Origin: Octopus vulgaris
Lineage: Eukaryota
NCBI GenBank assembly: GCA_951406725.2
Contig: OX597814.1
Location: 199,020,001-199,084,000 of the forward strand
Direction: 5' to 3'
Length of the DNA stretch: 64,000 nt
Shown piece after piece: positions 52,497 through 64,000 of the stretch; the stretch's first letter is position 1, and every line of letters starts with the position of its first letter. The position numbers and the translations under genes are program-made. The notes under the pieces are model-generated. The model made no database searches, was not told the origin of the DNA, and worked only from the letters and a program-made list of their open reading frames with translations.

Positions 52497-52736
52497 GTTT
52501 CTTATTTCTTTATTGCCCACAAGGGGCTATACATAGAGGGCACAAACAAGGACAGACAAAGGAGTTAAGGCGATTAAATCGACCCCAGTGCGTAACTGGT
52601 ACTTAATTTATCGACCCCGAAAGGATGAAAGGCAAAGTCGACCTCGGCGGAATTTGAACTCAGAACGTAACGGCAGACGAAATACTGCTAAGCATTTCGC
52701 CCGGCGTGCTAACGTTTCGGCCATCTCGCCGCCTTA
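52497..52736 (-). mobile_element. SINE family A
   Basis: Full core and head match. Confidence 0.9.
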
Positions 52737-53678
52737 AACGCCCCGAGGGGGTCTGCAAATGTATCGCTGCCTGATTACTTACATAAACTAGAAATTTGGG
52801 CACGGGTTCAGTCGATTCAAGTGACTCCAGTATGTGACTGACAGTTTATTTTGGCTACCCCACTGAGAGGAAAAGTAAAGTTGACTTTGATGTGATTTGA
52901 ACTTAGAACATAGAGACACAAAAATATGCTAGCTACACAATCTATTCTTTTAACACATCCTTCAAATATGCAGTCTAGCTGTTACCCTACATAAGATATT
53001 GTGATGTTTATTATTTGATGTTTCTTTGTGTTTTATATATCACATTCATTTTGACAACTACGTATGTCACTAGTATATGCATTCAATCATTTCTATGCAG
53101 ACTCGAATATAAACAGAATTGTCAGTTGTAGCGTTGTGGGATTAGGATTTCTTATCTCTTCTCCACATTGAAATAATTTTGTTCTGTTATTTTTTTCGAT
53201 GTAACATTTATAACAAATATTTTTACAGAATAAAGACATTGAATTAAGCCAATGAAGTGCTTCCACAAATGTAATAAAATACATATGTTATGCAGCTGCT
53301 GATATTCACCAGATTTTCTCACGTTTCTGTTGACCTGGAAAACAATAAATTTCTCTTCTTCAAATCAAAAATTAGTTACAGTTTTCTCAAACAGAACTTC
53401 ACATACTTCTGGGTAACCATTTAATAGGTTTAAACGCGACGTCTTGAACAAATATTTCTCTTACTTCGTCTTCATTTTTGATATTAAAGGATATCAAAAG
53501 ATCGATATCAACCAACAGCAAACAGTCTTGCATTTTTATGTGCTGGGGGGTGAATATTCGTGAAAAAAAATCAATAGCGAGCTAAAACCAGAAGCAAAAT
53601 GTAAATAGATATTATGCACACATAGATACAGATAATGCAAACGTTTGTGTATCATAGTGTCTGTATATGCACAGAATG

Positions 53679-53728
<50 letters not shown>

Positions 53729-54571
53729 GCACAAAGATATTTGTTGTATACAAAATTACTTAGTCACACAAGAATTTGTTGCGTACAAAATTATATAGGC
53801 ACACTAACCTCTGTTTATGTAAATATACGTGGGCATTTAATGTTTGTTTGTACACTTTTTTTCCAAACCAGCCGGCTGAGGAGCGAGATTGTCTGTGACG
53901 ATGGCAATTTCTTCTATATTTTACACTCGTGAGATTGATGCGGTTTAAATTGAAACATCTGTAAATAAATAAGTTTAGGAAAACCTGATCGGAAAGGAAT
54001 TTCAATGTTTTGCATTTCTGCGGATTGGGAGAAATATTTCTTTAGAAGTATATTAAAGAAATATGATGGGTAGGTTTGATTGTTCTGAGAAGAGTAAATC
54101 GATTAGTTGTTTCAGTGGAGCAAAAGCCCTTGATGTAATACAATCAGTTGTGAGGGAAGTCATGAGATTCTGAGACAATGGTTAGCCTTATTATTGCTTA
54201 TCTCCAAGTCATCTATTTTCGACCGGATCCACAGAAAGCTAGTTTGTCTCGAGAGACGGAGAAAATACGGATTTCTGGTGCGATTAGGCGATTGAAAGAT
54301 CAAGACTCTTCTTTGTCTTCGTGCCTGTAACTCATCTACAGTTGGGTTAGACTGGAGCAATGTGAAATGAAGTGACCAGCATGATTTATTCTTGAAAAAA
54401 TGAATCCACGAATTAACGATCGTGAGCCCAGTACATCAACGACCAGGTCACTCGCCATTAACGCATGGCCGCATAGCAATAGTTGAAGCCAATATCATAA
54501 TACAAGAAATGATTAACATTCAAGAGATGAACGAACATGTTGCTTGTCCATCGATTGGAGTAGAATCCAGA

Positions 54572-54610
<39 letters not shown>

Positions 54611-54626
54611 TGTATATCACCACCAC

Positions 54627-54922
54627 CACCGTGTCCGACCAGGCTATCAGATGTTGCTACACATCACTGGTCACAATGCGCTTTGCATTGTGTTAGCCTT
54701 CAAATGACGCCACCGCGCTGGCTAAGCGAGCAGGCCAACAGAAGAGTGAGAGAAAGTTGTGGCGAAAGAGTGCAGCAGGGATCGCCACCACCCCCTGACG
54801 GAGCCTCGTGGAGCTTTAGGTGTTTTCGCTCAATAAACACTCACAGCGCCCGGTCTGGGAATCGAAATCGCGATCTTACGACCGCGAGTCCGCTGCCCTA
54901 ACTACTAGGCCATTGCGCCTCC
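54627..54922 (-). mobile_element. tRNA-derived SINE, head H2 plus tail T3
   Basis: Homologous to 33309-33609. Confidence 0.9.
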
Positions 54923-54929
54923 ATGCCTC

Positions 54930-55096
<167 letters not shown>

Positions 55097-55249
55097 GCGC
55101 GCGCGCGCACACATATGCATATTTATAAATACGGACTAAGACAATTTGTCACATACGGAGTTTAGTTATGCAGCTCGTCGCATGAAGGTAATGTAAGGAA
55201 CAATATAGGGACTGGTCCTTAGAGGAATTCAGTGACGGGAGAAATTTTA

Positions 55250-56050
55250 GAACGTATCAACTGTGAAGAAATTAGATGTGGGGAAACAGTGTTTGTGAGG
55301 TGTTTTATTATGCGTGTCATGAGAAATTAAAAGCAAAGTGGGGAACAAATGTGAAGCTTCTTTCAGCTTGCTTGAAGAAATGCTGTGCGGGAGGGACTTC
55401 TTAAAGATGGCAGAGAATATTTTGTCAATAAACCAATCGGTTCCTCTACAATTTAGAATCGGGAACCATGTGTGATGAACGAAACTATTTCTTACTTTAC
55501 ACATGGTAACCTTGAAATCAGGCGGTTGACGAGTTCGTTCAGATATTGAAGGTAGTGCTATTTGTATGCACTGCTGTAGCATCGCTGTGTGCGAACTGCT
55601 TAGAGGTTATGATCTTATATGTCTGTATTTACAGGAAAAGACTTGAAATCCCATTGCTCAAGGGATGGTTTAGAGTGGTTAGTGACGAAACATTTTCACT
55701 GCATGGGGGTGGGGGCGACATGGTTCTGACGAAGCTACGACCAGTCAGAATATTCTAATGGCTTTAGATTCTGATGCAATGCTTTGTTGTTGGAAATTGT
55801 GAGGATGTTTTACCTAGATAAAACAATTTGTAGAACTAGAACGGTCATGTAAACTTTAGGTTTAGCGGTGAGAAATAGACCATGATATTTTATATATTTT
55901 GCAAGAAAACGAACAGGTGTTGATATCAACTGCTTGAAGCGGTTGACGGTAACAAGCAACTCGGTTTCTCCATCAGTTGACTTGGTATTGAACGAGAGCA
56001 AGGTTATGTTGCGTACATTGTAGTCAGGGAAGAGCATAACTTCAGAAGCA
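55250..56050 (-). pseudogene. Decayed RTE/BovB-like LINE ORF C-terminus
   Basis: KYHGLFLTAKPKVYMTVLV resembles the HG...TKLKVY.AVV motif; later ALPSI and FKKSL..SI also fit RTE C-termini. Confidence 0.55.
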
Positions 56051-56098
56051 GCAATACGAAATCGGTTTTCATTGCAGGAAGTCTGATTATCATTGAAG

Positions 56099-56162
<64 letters not shown>

Positions 56163-56799
56163 AGAAGGATTTAGAAGAATAGAAAAGACATTCTTTTCGC
56201 AGATTGAGACTAAGAGGTAAGAATGATGGCGTTTTTGTATATGAAGAAAACCTTTCTGATCAATTCAGGAATATAGAATGTAGTATGAAGAAGACAGATG
56301 AATTAGTTATACAGTGAGAGATTTGTGAGCTCTATCTACGGCTTGTATGTTAAGGAGCTGGTGGGTGAATTATGACTCTGACCAAAATTATCAAATGTTG
56401 AATGAAAAAGCTGAATGAAAGAGGTGAGTGAGAATTGTCTAAAGGCTATAAGTTATGTATCATAAATGTTCACACTTTCATCTCTCTTTTTTGTTTTACG
56501 TTTATTGCCCACCCTCTACGATCCCTGTAAAAATATGTTAAACAGTGGATGCTGGTGAATTATATGACTTTCCTTTCGAAGTTCTGTTCTCGATAAGCCA
56601 ACAGTCATGAACTGCAAAGAATTCGGGATTATACGCCAGGAAACACAAAATCCTCTCCAAGCGTCTGTGTCTGGTCTACAATACATATCGAAACCAAGGA
56701 GCATACTACCTAGTCAGCCTCGCTTGCGAATGGGTTGTGTGAATGTGCATGCGCGAGCACAGATCTATAATAACTATAAAATCAGCAGGAAAAATAAAT

Positions 56800-57190
56800 A
56801 GGCGCAGGAGTGGCTGTGTGGTAAGTAGCTTGCTAACCAACCACATGGTTCCGGGTTCAGTCCCACTGCGTGGCACCTTGGGCAAGTGTCTCCTACTATA
56901 GCCCCGGGCCGACCAATGCCTTGTGAGTGGATTTGGTAGACGGAAACTGAAAGAAGCCTGTCGTATATATGTATATATATATATACATATGTATGTTTGT
57001 GTGTCTGTATTTGTCCCCCTAGCATTGCCTGACAACCGATGCTGGTGTGTTTACGGCAAAAGAGACCGATAGAATAAGTACTGGGCTTACAAAAGAATAA
57101 GTCCCGGGGTCGAGTTGCTCGACTAAAAAGGCGGTGCTCCAGCATGGCCGCAGTCAAATGACTGAAACAAGTAAAAGAGTAAAAGAGTAA
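56800..57190 (+). mobile_element. SINE family B, full
   Basis: Family B match with a (gtaaaaga)n tail. Confidence 0.95.
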
Positions 57191-57565
57191 ATAGACAAAG
57201 ATCTATAAAATGCACAGATACGGCACAAAAGGGAATGAAGTGTGCATAGAAATGGAATCACATAACAGAGCTGTAGAAGTAAATAATGAATTTACAGTTT
57301 GTATTAATTACAAACATGGAAGATATAAAAGATCTTTAATTCTGCTGCTGCAAGCTCTGCAGACGCACAGCATGGTAAAGTCGATAGATTGCCCCCCCCC
57401 CCACTCACATTTCGTTCATTCCCGCTGTTTCGCATCCCTAAGCAACAATAACCGTTATCATTCAATGGTGGAAAGTCTTATTAATTAAATCCGTTCGGCA
57501 CTGATAAATAATATGTTTGCATGCAGAGAAATATGGAAATTCATGTTCACACTATAAACATAGAT

Positions 57566-57600
<35 letters not shown>

Positions 57601-57649
57601 AATAATAAATATTCAAATAAATGAACATGTGTATGTACATAGATACATT

Positions 57650-57855
57650 CATATATATATATATATATGTGCATATATACATATATATATATGTATATAT
57701 ATATGTATGTATATATATATATATATGTATGTATATATATATATATGTATATATATATATGTATGTATATATATATATATGTATGTATGTATATATATAT
57801 ATATATGTATGTATATATATATATGTATGTATATATATATATATATGTATGTATG

Positions 57856-57886
<31 letters not shown>

Positions 57887-58003
57887 ATATATATATGTAT
57901 GTATGTATATATATATATATATGTATGTATATATATATATGTATATATATATATGTATATATATATATGTATATATATATGTATATATATATGTATATAT
58001 ATA
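57650..58003. repeat. TA/TATG microsatellite
   Basis: Direct reading. Confidence 0.95.
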
Positions 58004-60302
58004 TTAAGGTATGTAGAAAAATACAACATGGACAAGAACGTATAACTCTTAGAAGACGACACAATAAACACGGACAGGACATTCGAAACCCTCAGTCTTC
58101 AGTCAAGAACCGGATCATCGTAGTAATTTCGGCTGATTAATCTTGAGATTACTAGATCACGGCCAGCCCTCCAAGAAAAACCAAGCAACGAGCATTAGAA
58201 AAACTAAGCTGGAAGCGTAGATTTCCTGGAAGAAGGATCGAATGCATACGAACACCAGGACAGCAAAAGGGACAGATATAAAAAAAAACAAAAAACAATA
58301 ATGGAATACAGAAACATGAAATACAGAAGCATTAACGGTGAAAACAACAGTGTCTTACGACTGATAACAAGCAAACAAATTTTTTCTCTGGCGCAATGGA
58401 AAAAGCCTTTATAGTGGCGGACGAAAACAGCGATGTTAACAAGACGAGGGTCAGAAACTGAAAGGCAGATTTCGGCCAACAGTCACGTGACAGAGAAGAG
58501 GGAAAAGAAAAGAAAGAGAAGCAAAGGAAGAGAGAGAGAGAGGAGGGACAAACGCAACAAAGAGAGAGAAGAGAGAGAAAGAAGGAATCAGAGAGGAGAA
58601 GGGATGGGTGTCGAAGAATGACCTGTGAGTGCAGAGCGAGACAAAGAAATAGGAGGGTAGTGGAAGACTAGACCAAAGAATCAGAGGAAAGAGAAGAGAA
58701 AAAGAGGATGAGTAGAGAGAAAAGAGAGAGAGGGGGACAGATCAAGTAAAAATGAGAGAGAGAGAGAGAGACAAACAGAGAGTCGTACCAATTATTAAGA
58801 ATATGTGCTCACATAAATGTTAAGGGGGGTACGGGGCGCCTGGAATATATGTTAAGGTATGTAGAAAAATACAACATGGACAAGAACGTATAACTCTTAG
58901 AAGACGACACAATAAACACGGACAGGACATTCGAAACCCTCAGTCTTCAGTCAAGAACCGGATCATCGTAGTAATTTCGGCTGATTAATCTTGAGATTAC
59001 TAGATCACGGCCAGCCCTCCAAGAAAAACCAAGCAACGAGCATTAGAAAAACTAAGCTGGAAGCGTAGATTTCCTGGAAGAAGGATCGAATGCATACGAA
59101 CACCAGGACAGCAAAAGGGACAGATATAAAAAAAAAACAAAAAACAATAATGGAATACAGAAACATGAAATACAGAAGCATTAACGGTGAAAACAACAGT
59201 GTCTTACGACTGATAACAAGCAAACAAATTTTTTCTCTGGCGCAATGGAAAAAGCCTTTATAGTGGCGGACGAAAACAGCGATGTTAACAAGACGAGGGT
59301 CAGAAACTGAAAGGCAGATTTCGGCCAACAGTCACGTGACAGAGAAGAGGGAAAAGAAAAGAAAGAGAAGCAAAGGAAGAGAGAGAGAGAGGAGGGACAA
59401 ACGCAACAAAGAGAGAGAAGAGAGAGAAAGAAGGAATCAGAGAGGAGAAGGGATGGGTGTCGAAGAATGACCTGTGAGTGCAGAGCGAGACAAAGAAATA
59501 GGAGGGTAGTGGAAGACTAGACCAAAGAATCAGAGGAAAGAGAAGAGAAAAAGAGGATGAGTAGAGAGAAAAGAGAGAGAGGGGGACAGATCAAGTAAAA
59601 ATGAGAGAGAGAGAGAGAGACAAACAGAGAGTCGTACCAATTATTAAGAATATGTGCTCACATAAATGTTAAGGGGGGTACGGGGCGCCTGGAATATATG
59701 TTAAGGTATGTAGAAAAATACAACATGGACAAGAACGTATAACTCTTAGAAGACGACACAATAAACACGGACAGGACATTCGAAACCCTCAGTCTTCAGT
59801 CAAGAACCGGATCATCGTAGTAATTTCGGCTGATTAATCTTGAGATTACTAGATCACGGCCAGCCCTCCAAGAAAAACCAAGCAACGAGCATTAGAAAAA
59901 CTAAGCTGGAAGCGTAGATTTCCTGGAAGAAGGATCGAATGCATACGAACACCAGGACAGCAAAAGGGACAGATATAAAAAAAAAACAAAAAACAATAAT
60001 GGAATACAGAAACATGAAATACAGAAGCATTAACGGTGAAAACAACAGTGTCTTACGACTGATAACAAGCAAACAAATTTTTTCTCTGGCGCAATGGAAA
60101 AAGCCTTTATAGTGGCGGACGAAAACAGCGATGTTAACAAGACGAGGGTCAGAAACTGAAAGGCAGATTTCGGCCAACAGTCACGTGACAGAGAAGAGGG
60201 AAAAGAAAAGAAAGAGAAGCAAAGGAAAGAGAGAGAGAGGAGGGACAAACGCAACAAAGAGAGAGAAGAGAGAGAAAGAAGGAATCAGAGAGGAGAAGGG
60301 AT
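58004..60302. repeat. Tandem array of an 848-849-bp unit, 2.7 near-identical copies
   Basis: Units start with ttaaggtatgtagaaaaatac at 58004, 58852 and 59701. TA-rich microsatellite on both sides. Confidence 0.97.
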
Positions 60303-60619
60303 ATATGTATATATATATGTATGTATATATATATGTATGTACATACATATATATATATGTATGTATATATATATATTTATGTATATATATATATGTATGT
60401 ATATATATATATATATGTATGTTTATATATATGTATATATGTATGTATATATATATATATATGTATATATATATGTGTATATATATATATGTGTATATAT
60501 ATATATGTGTGTATATATGTATGTATATATATATATGTGTATATATATGTATGTATATATATATGTGTATATATATATATGTGTATATATATATATGTGT
60601 ATATATATATATGTATATA

Positions 60620-60655
<36 letters not shown>
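60303..60655. repeat. TA/TG microsatellite
   Basis: Direct reading. Confidence 0.95.
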
Positions 60656-60658
<3 letters not shown>

Positions 60659-60659
60659 G

Positions 60660-60969
60660 TGGAGACCCAATGACCCAGTTGTTAGGGCAGCGCACTCGCG
60701 GTTGGAGGATCGCGGTTTCGATTCCTAGACCGGGCGTTGTGTGTGTTTATTGAGCGAAAACACCTAAAGCTCCACGAGGCTCCGGCATTGGGTGGTGGCG
60801 ACCCCTGTTGTACTCTTACGCCGCAACTTTCTCTCACACATTCTTCCTGTTTCTTGAGTAACGCTGCGATGGACAGGTGTCCCGTCCCGTCCAGCTGGGG
60901 GGAACACATACGCTACAGAAACCGTGAAACCGGGCCCATGCACCTGGCTAGGCTTGAAAAAGGGTGCAT
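60660..60969 (+). mobile_element. tRNA-derived SINE, head H2 plus tail T1
   Basis: Head matches 33309-33495; tail matches 27573-27678. Confidence 0.85.
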
Positions 60970-60985
60970 AAAAATAAAATATATC

Positions 60986-61385
60986 AGTGGCTGTGTGGTA
61001 AGTAGCTTGCTAACCAGCCACATGGTTCCGGGTTTAGTCCCACTGCGTGGCACCTTGGGCAAGTGTCTTCTACTATAGCTTTGGGCTGACCAAAGCCTTC
61101 TGAGTGGATTTGGTAGACGGAAACTGAAAGAAGCCTGTCGTATATATGTATATATATATATATATGTATGTATGTTTGTTTGTGTGTGTGTGTTTGTCCC
61201 CCTAGCATTGCTTGACAACCGATGCTGGTGTGTTTATGTCCCCGTTACTTAGCGGTTCGGCAAAAGAGACCGATAGAATAAGTACTGGGCTTACAAAGAA
61301 TAAGTCCCGGGGTCGATTTGCTCGACTAAAGGCGGTGCTCCAGCATGGCCGCAGTCAACTGACTGAACCAAGTAAAAGAAAAGAA
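60986..61385 (+). mobile_element. SINE family B
   Basis: Family B match. Confidence 0.95.
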
Positions 61386-61428
61386 TGAAAAATACATACA
61401 TACACAAACAAACACACACAAACAAGTG

Positions 61429-61497
<69 letters not shown>

Positions 61498-61773
61498 AGC
61501 TGCGTACGTCCTGGAAGGGCTGAAAGCCATTGCATTCTTAATACAGCCCTTGATATGAACCCTTAGCTATCTATATTTCTATCCCGGGACTTTGAAATAG
61601 GTGTAGTTCTGCTGATGCAGGAACACCAGTTTATAAACATTTAGGGTAGTAAAATATAATTCAGAAGACAAAGACTGCATTTAACGCATTTTAATAATCG
61701 ATAACAATTGTTTCCGTACCACTTTGATTTTAACCATATTACATGTGAATGATTCCGTTTGAAAAATTAATCA

Positions 61774-62170
61774 CGCAGGAGTGGCTGTGTGGTAAGTAGC
61801 TTGCTAACCAACCACATGGTTCCGGGTTCAGTCCCACTGCGTGGCATCTTGGGCAAGTGTCTTCTGCTATAGCCCCGGGCCGACCAATGCCTTGTGAGTG
61901 GATTTGGTAGACGGAAACTGAAAGAAGCCTGTCGTATATATGTATATATATATATATGTATGTATGTGTGTGTTTGTGTGTCCCCCTAGCATTGCTTGAC
62001 AACCGATGCTGGTGTGTTTACGTCACTTAGCGGTTCGGCAAAAGAGACCAATAGAATAAGTACTGGGCTTACAAAGAATAAGTCCCGGGGTCGATTTGCT
62101 CGACTAAAGGCGGTGCTCCAGCATGGCCGCAGTCAAATGACTGAAACAAGTAAAAGGGTAAAAGAGTAAA
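61774..62170 (+). mobile_element. SINE family B
   Basis: Family B match. Confidence 0.95.
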
Positions 62171-62305
62171 GAGAGAGAGTGTTTTGAATATGTCGGAAGG
62201 ATATATTTCAATTAAGTCTTAATCGTGCTTTTATACGTAAGCAATGACAAGTACAAGTTCTCCGTTTATATATAAGCAACGCCAAATACATATTCTTTGC
62301 ATGTC

Positions 62306-62968
62306 GGAGTGGCTGTGTGGTAAGTAGCTTGCTTACAAACCACATGCTTCCGGGTTCAGTCCCACTGCGTGGCACCTTGGGCAAGTGTCGTCTACTATAG
62401 CCTCGGGCCGACCAAAGCCTTGTTAGTGGATTTGGTAGACGGAAACTGAAAGAAGCCCGTCGTATATATGTATGGGTGTGTATATGTTTCTGTGTCTGTG
62501 TTTGTTCCCCTCCCCTCAACATCGCTTGACAACCGATGCTGGGGGCGATGTAATCGACTTAATCCGTTTGTCTGTCCTTGTTTGTCCCCTCTGTTTGTAG
62601 CCCCTTGTGGTCAGTAAAGAAATAGGTATTTCGTCTGCCGTCACGTTCTGAGTTCAAATTCTGCTGAGGTCGACTGTACCTTTCATCCTTTCGGGGTCGA
62701 TTGAATAAATACCATTTACACACTGGGGTCCATATAATCGACTTGATCCGTTTGTCTGTCCACTCCCTTGTGAGTAGTAAAGAAATAGTTATTTCGTCTG
62801 TCTTTATGTTTTGAGTTCAAATTCCACCGAAGTCGACTTTGCCATTAATCCTTTCGGAATCGATAAATTTAGTACCACCTGCGTACTTGGGTCGATCTAA
62901 TCGACTGGCTCACTGACTCAAAATCGACTAGCTCAGAAACTTCGCGCCTTGTGCCTAGAGTAGAAAAG
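62306..62968 (+). mobile_element. Chimera: family B 5' part (62306-62541) fused to a family A multimer (62542-62968)
   Basis: Junction aaccgatgctgg|gggcgatgtaatcgacttaatcc, with shared ctgg microhomology. Confidence 0.8.
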
Positions 62969-63209
62969 CATATTTAAACCGATCTCATTGGTCGTCTCTG
63001 CCAAGAAGAAACCACCATCCATACCAAACCACTTTCTCCATATACGAATGCATGAATATCTGAATATACAGATGATGATCGATTTACGTACTTTAGAGTT
63101 GTAAACAGTCTGTAAGGAAATTATACGAAATTTTGAGAAAAATCTCTTGATTAACAAGATAACACAATGTGACTGCACTTTTGCATATCTAAACGACAAT
63201 CTCTTTCTC

Positions 63210-63461
63210 ATAGGTACGTACATACATACATGCATGCATACATACAATAATATACATATATATATATTAGATATATTTATACATATACATGTATATGCAA
63301 GTATGTGTGTATGTATATATATATATATATTAGATATATTTATGCATATATATGTATATGCAAGTATGTGTATATATATTAGATATATTTATACATATAT
63401 GTGTATATGCAAGTACGTGTGTGTATATATATATGTATATACAAGTATGTGTATATATATA

Positions 63462-63509
<48 letters not shown>

Positions 63510-63570
63510 TATAGATAGAGATGTGGATAAAGAGAGAGAGAGTGAGAGAGAGAGAGAGAGAGAGAGAAAA
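63210..63570. repeat. Compound TA/TG/GA microsatellite with short duplications
   Basis: Direct reading. Confidence 0.9.
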
Positions 63571-63956
63571 AAAAGATTATAGTGGGAGGTGTGGAAACGA
63601 TATTAGGATAAAATATACCTCGAATATGTCGCAGTGACTATGGCGAAAAATTATCATTAAAATCATAAATTTGATTTCATATATTTTTAGTGTTTGAGAA
63701 AATATAAGCGAATACTACTGGAAGTAATTAACAGTTATTGCTAATCGTAATGTGTGAAATATTACACATAATATACAGAAAACATGTTTACGAGATAAGA
63801 AATATTTATCACCAGTTCACCTTTGAATATTGCTCATTTGCATTGGGTAAAGCAGATTTCACATATACATGCAAACAAAGACAACTACACACAACAAGCA
63901 CACACACACATACACACGCACACACACACGCATACATACATACATACATACATACA

Positions 63957-63990
<34 letters not shown>

Positions 63991-64000
63991 GACACAGAGA

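Noticed and set aside
58004-60302. CRISPR array or coding repeat
   Set aside because: The units are long and identical, with no spacers and no cas genes; the context is eukaryotic and the ORFs are low-complexity.

Overview
AT-rich, microsatellite-saturated eukaryotic DNA, intronic or intergenic. The SINE families and repeat density look like an octopus (coleoid cephalopod) genome; this is inferred from sequence, not from a search. No intact host gene is visible: there is one weak candidate coding exon at 12-77 and one candidate non-coding exon at 11101-11204, and nearly all listed ORFs are microsatellite or SINE artefacts. The window is a transposon mosaic: about 35 copies of three or four tRNA-derived SINE families, decayed LINE ends (CR1, Tx1, Dong/R4, RTE), a Tc1 transposase pseudogene, several MITEs and a non-autonomous Helitron. 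The strongest signal is a set of Penelope-like element (PLE) derivatives. A GIY-YIG endonuclease ORF lies between 578-bp inverted repeats that each carry a hammerhead-ribozyme (HHR) motif. Several unrelated minimal type-I HHR motifs sit in fold-back fragments, often inside (TA)n. One tRNA-headed, HHR-bearing element has a 13-bp target-site duplication (TSD), and there is a near-identical 849-bp tandem array. All coordinates were read by eye; repeat boundaries are approximate unless TSDs or TIRs are quoted.
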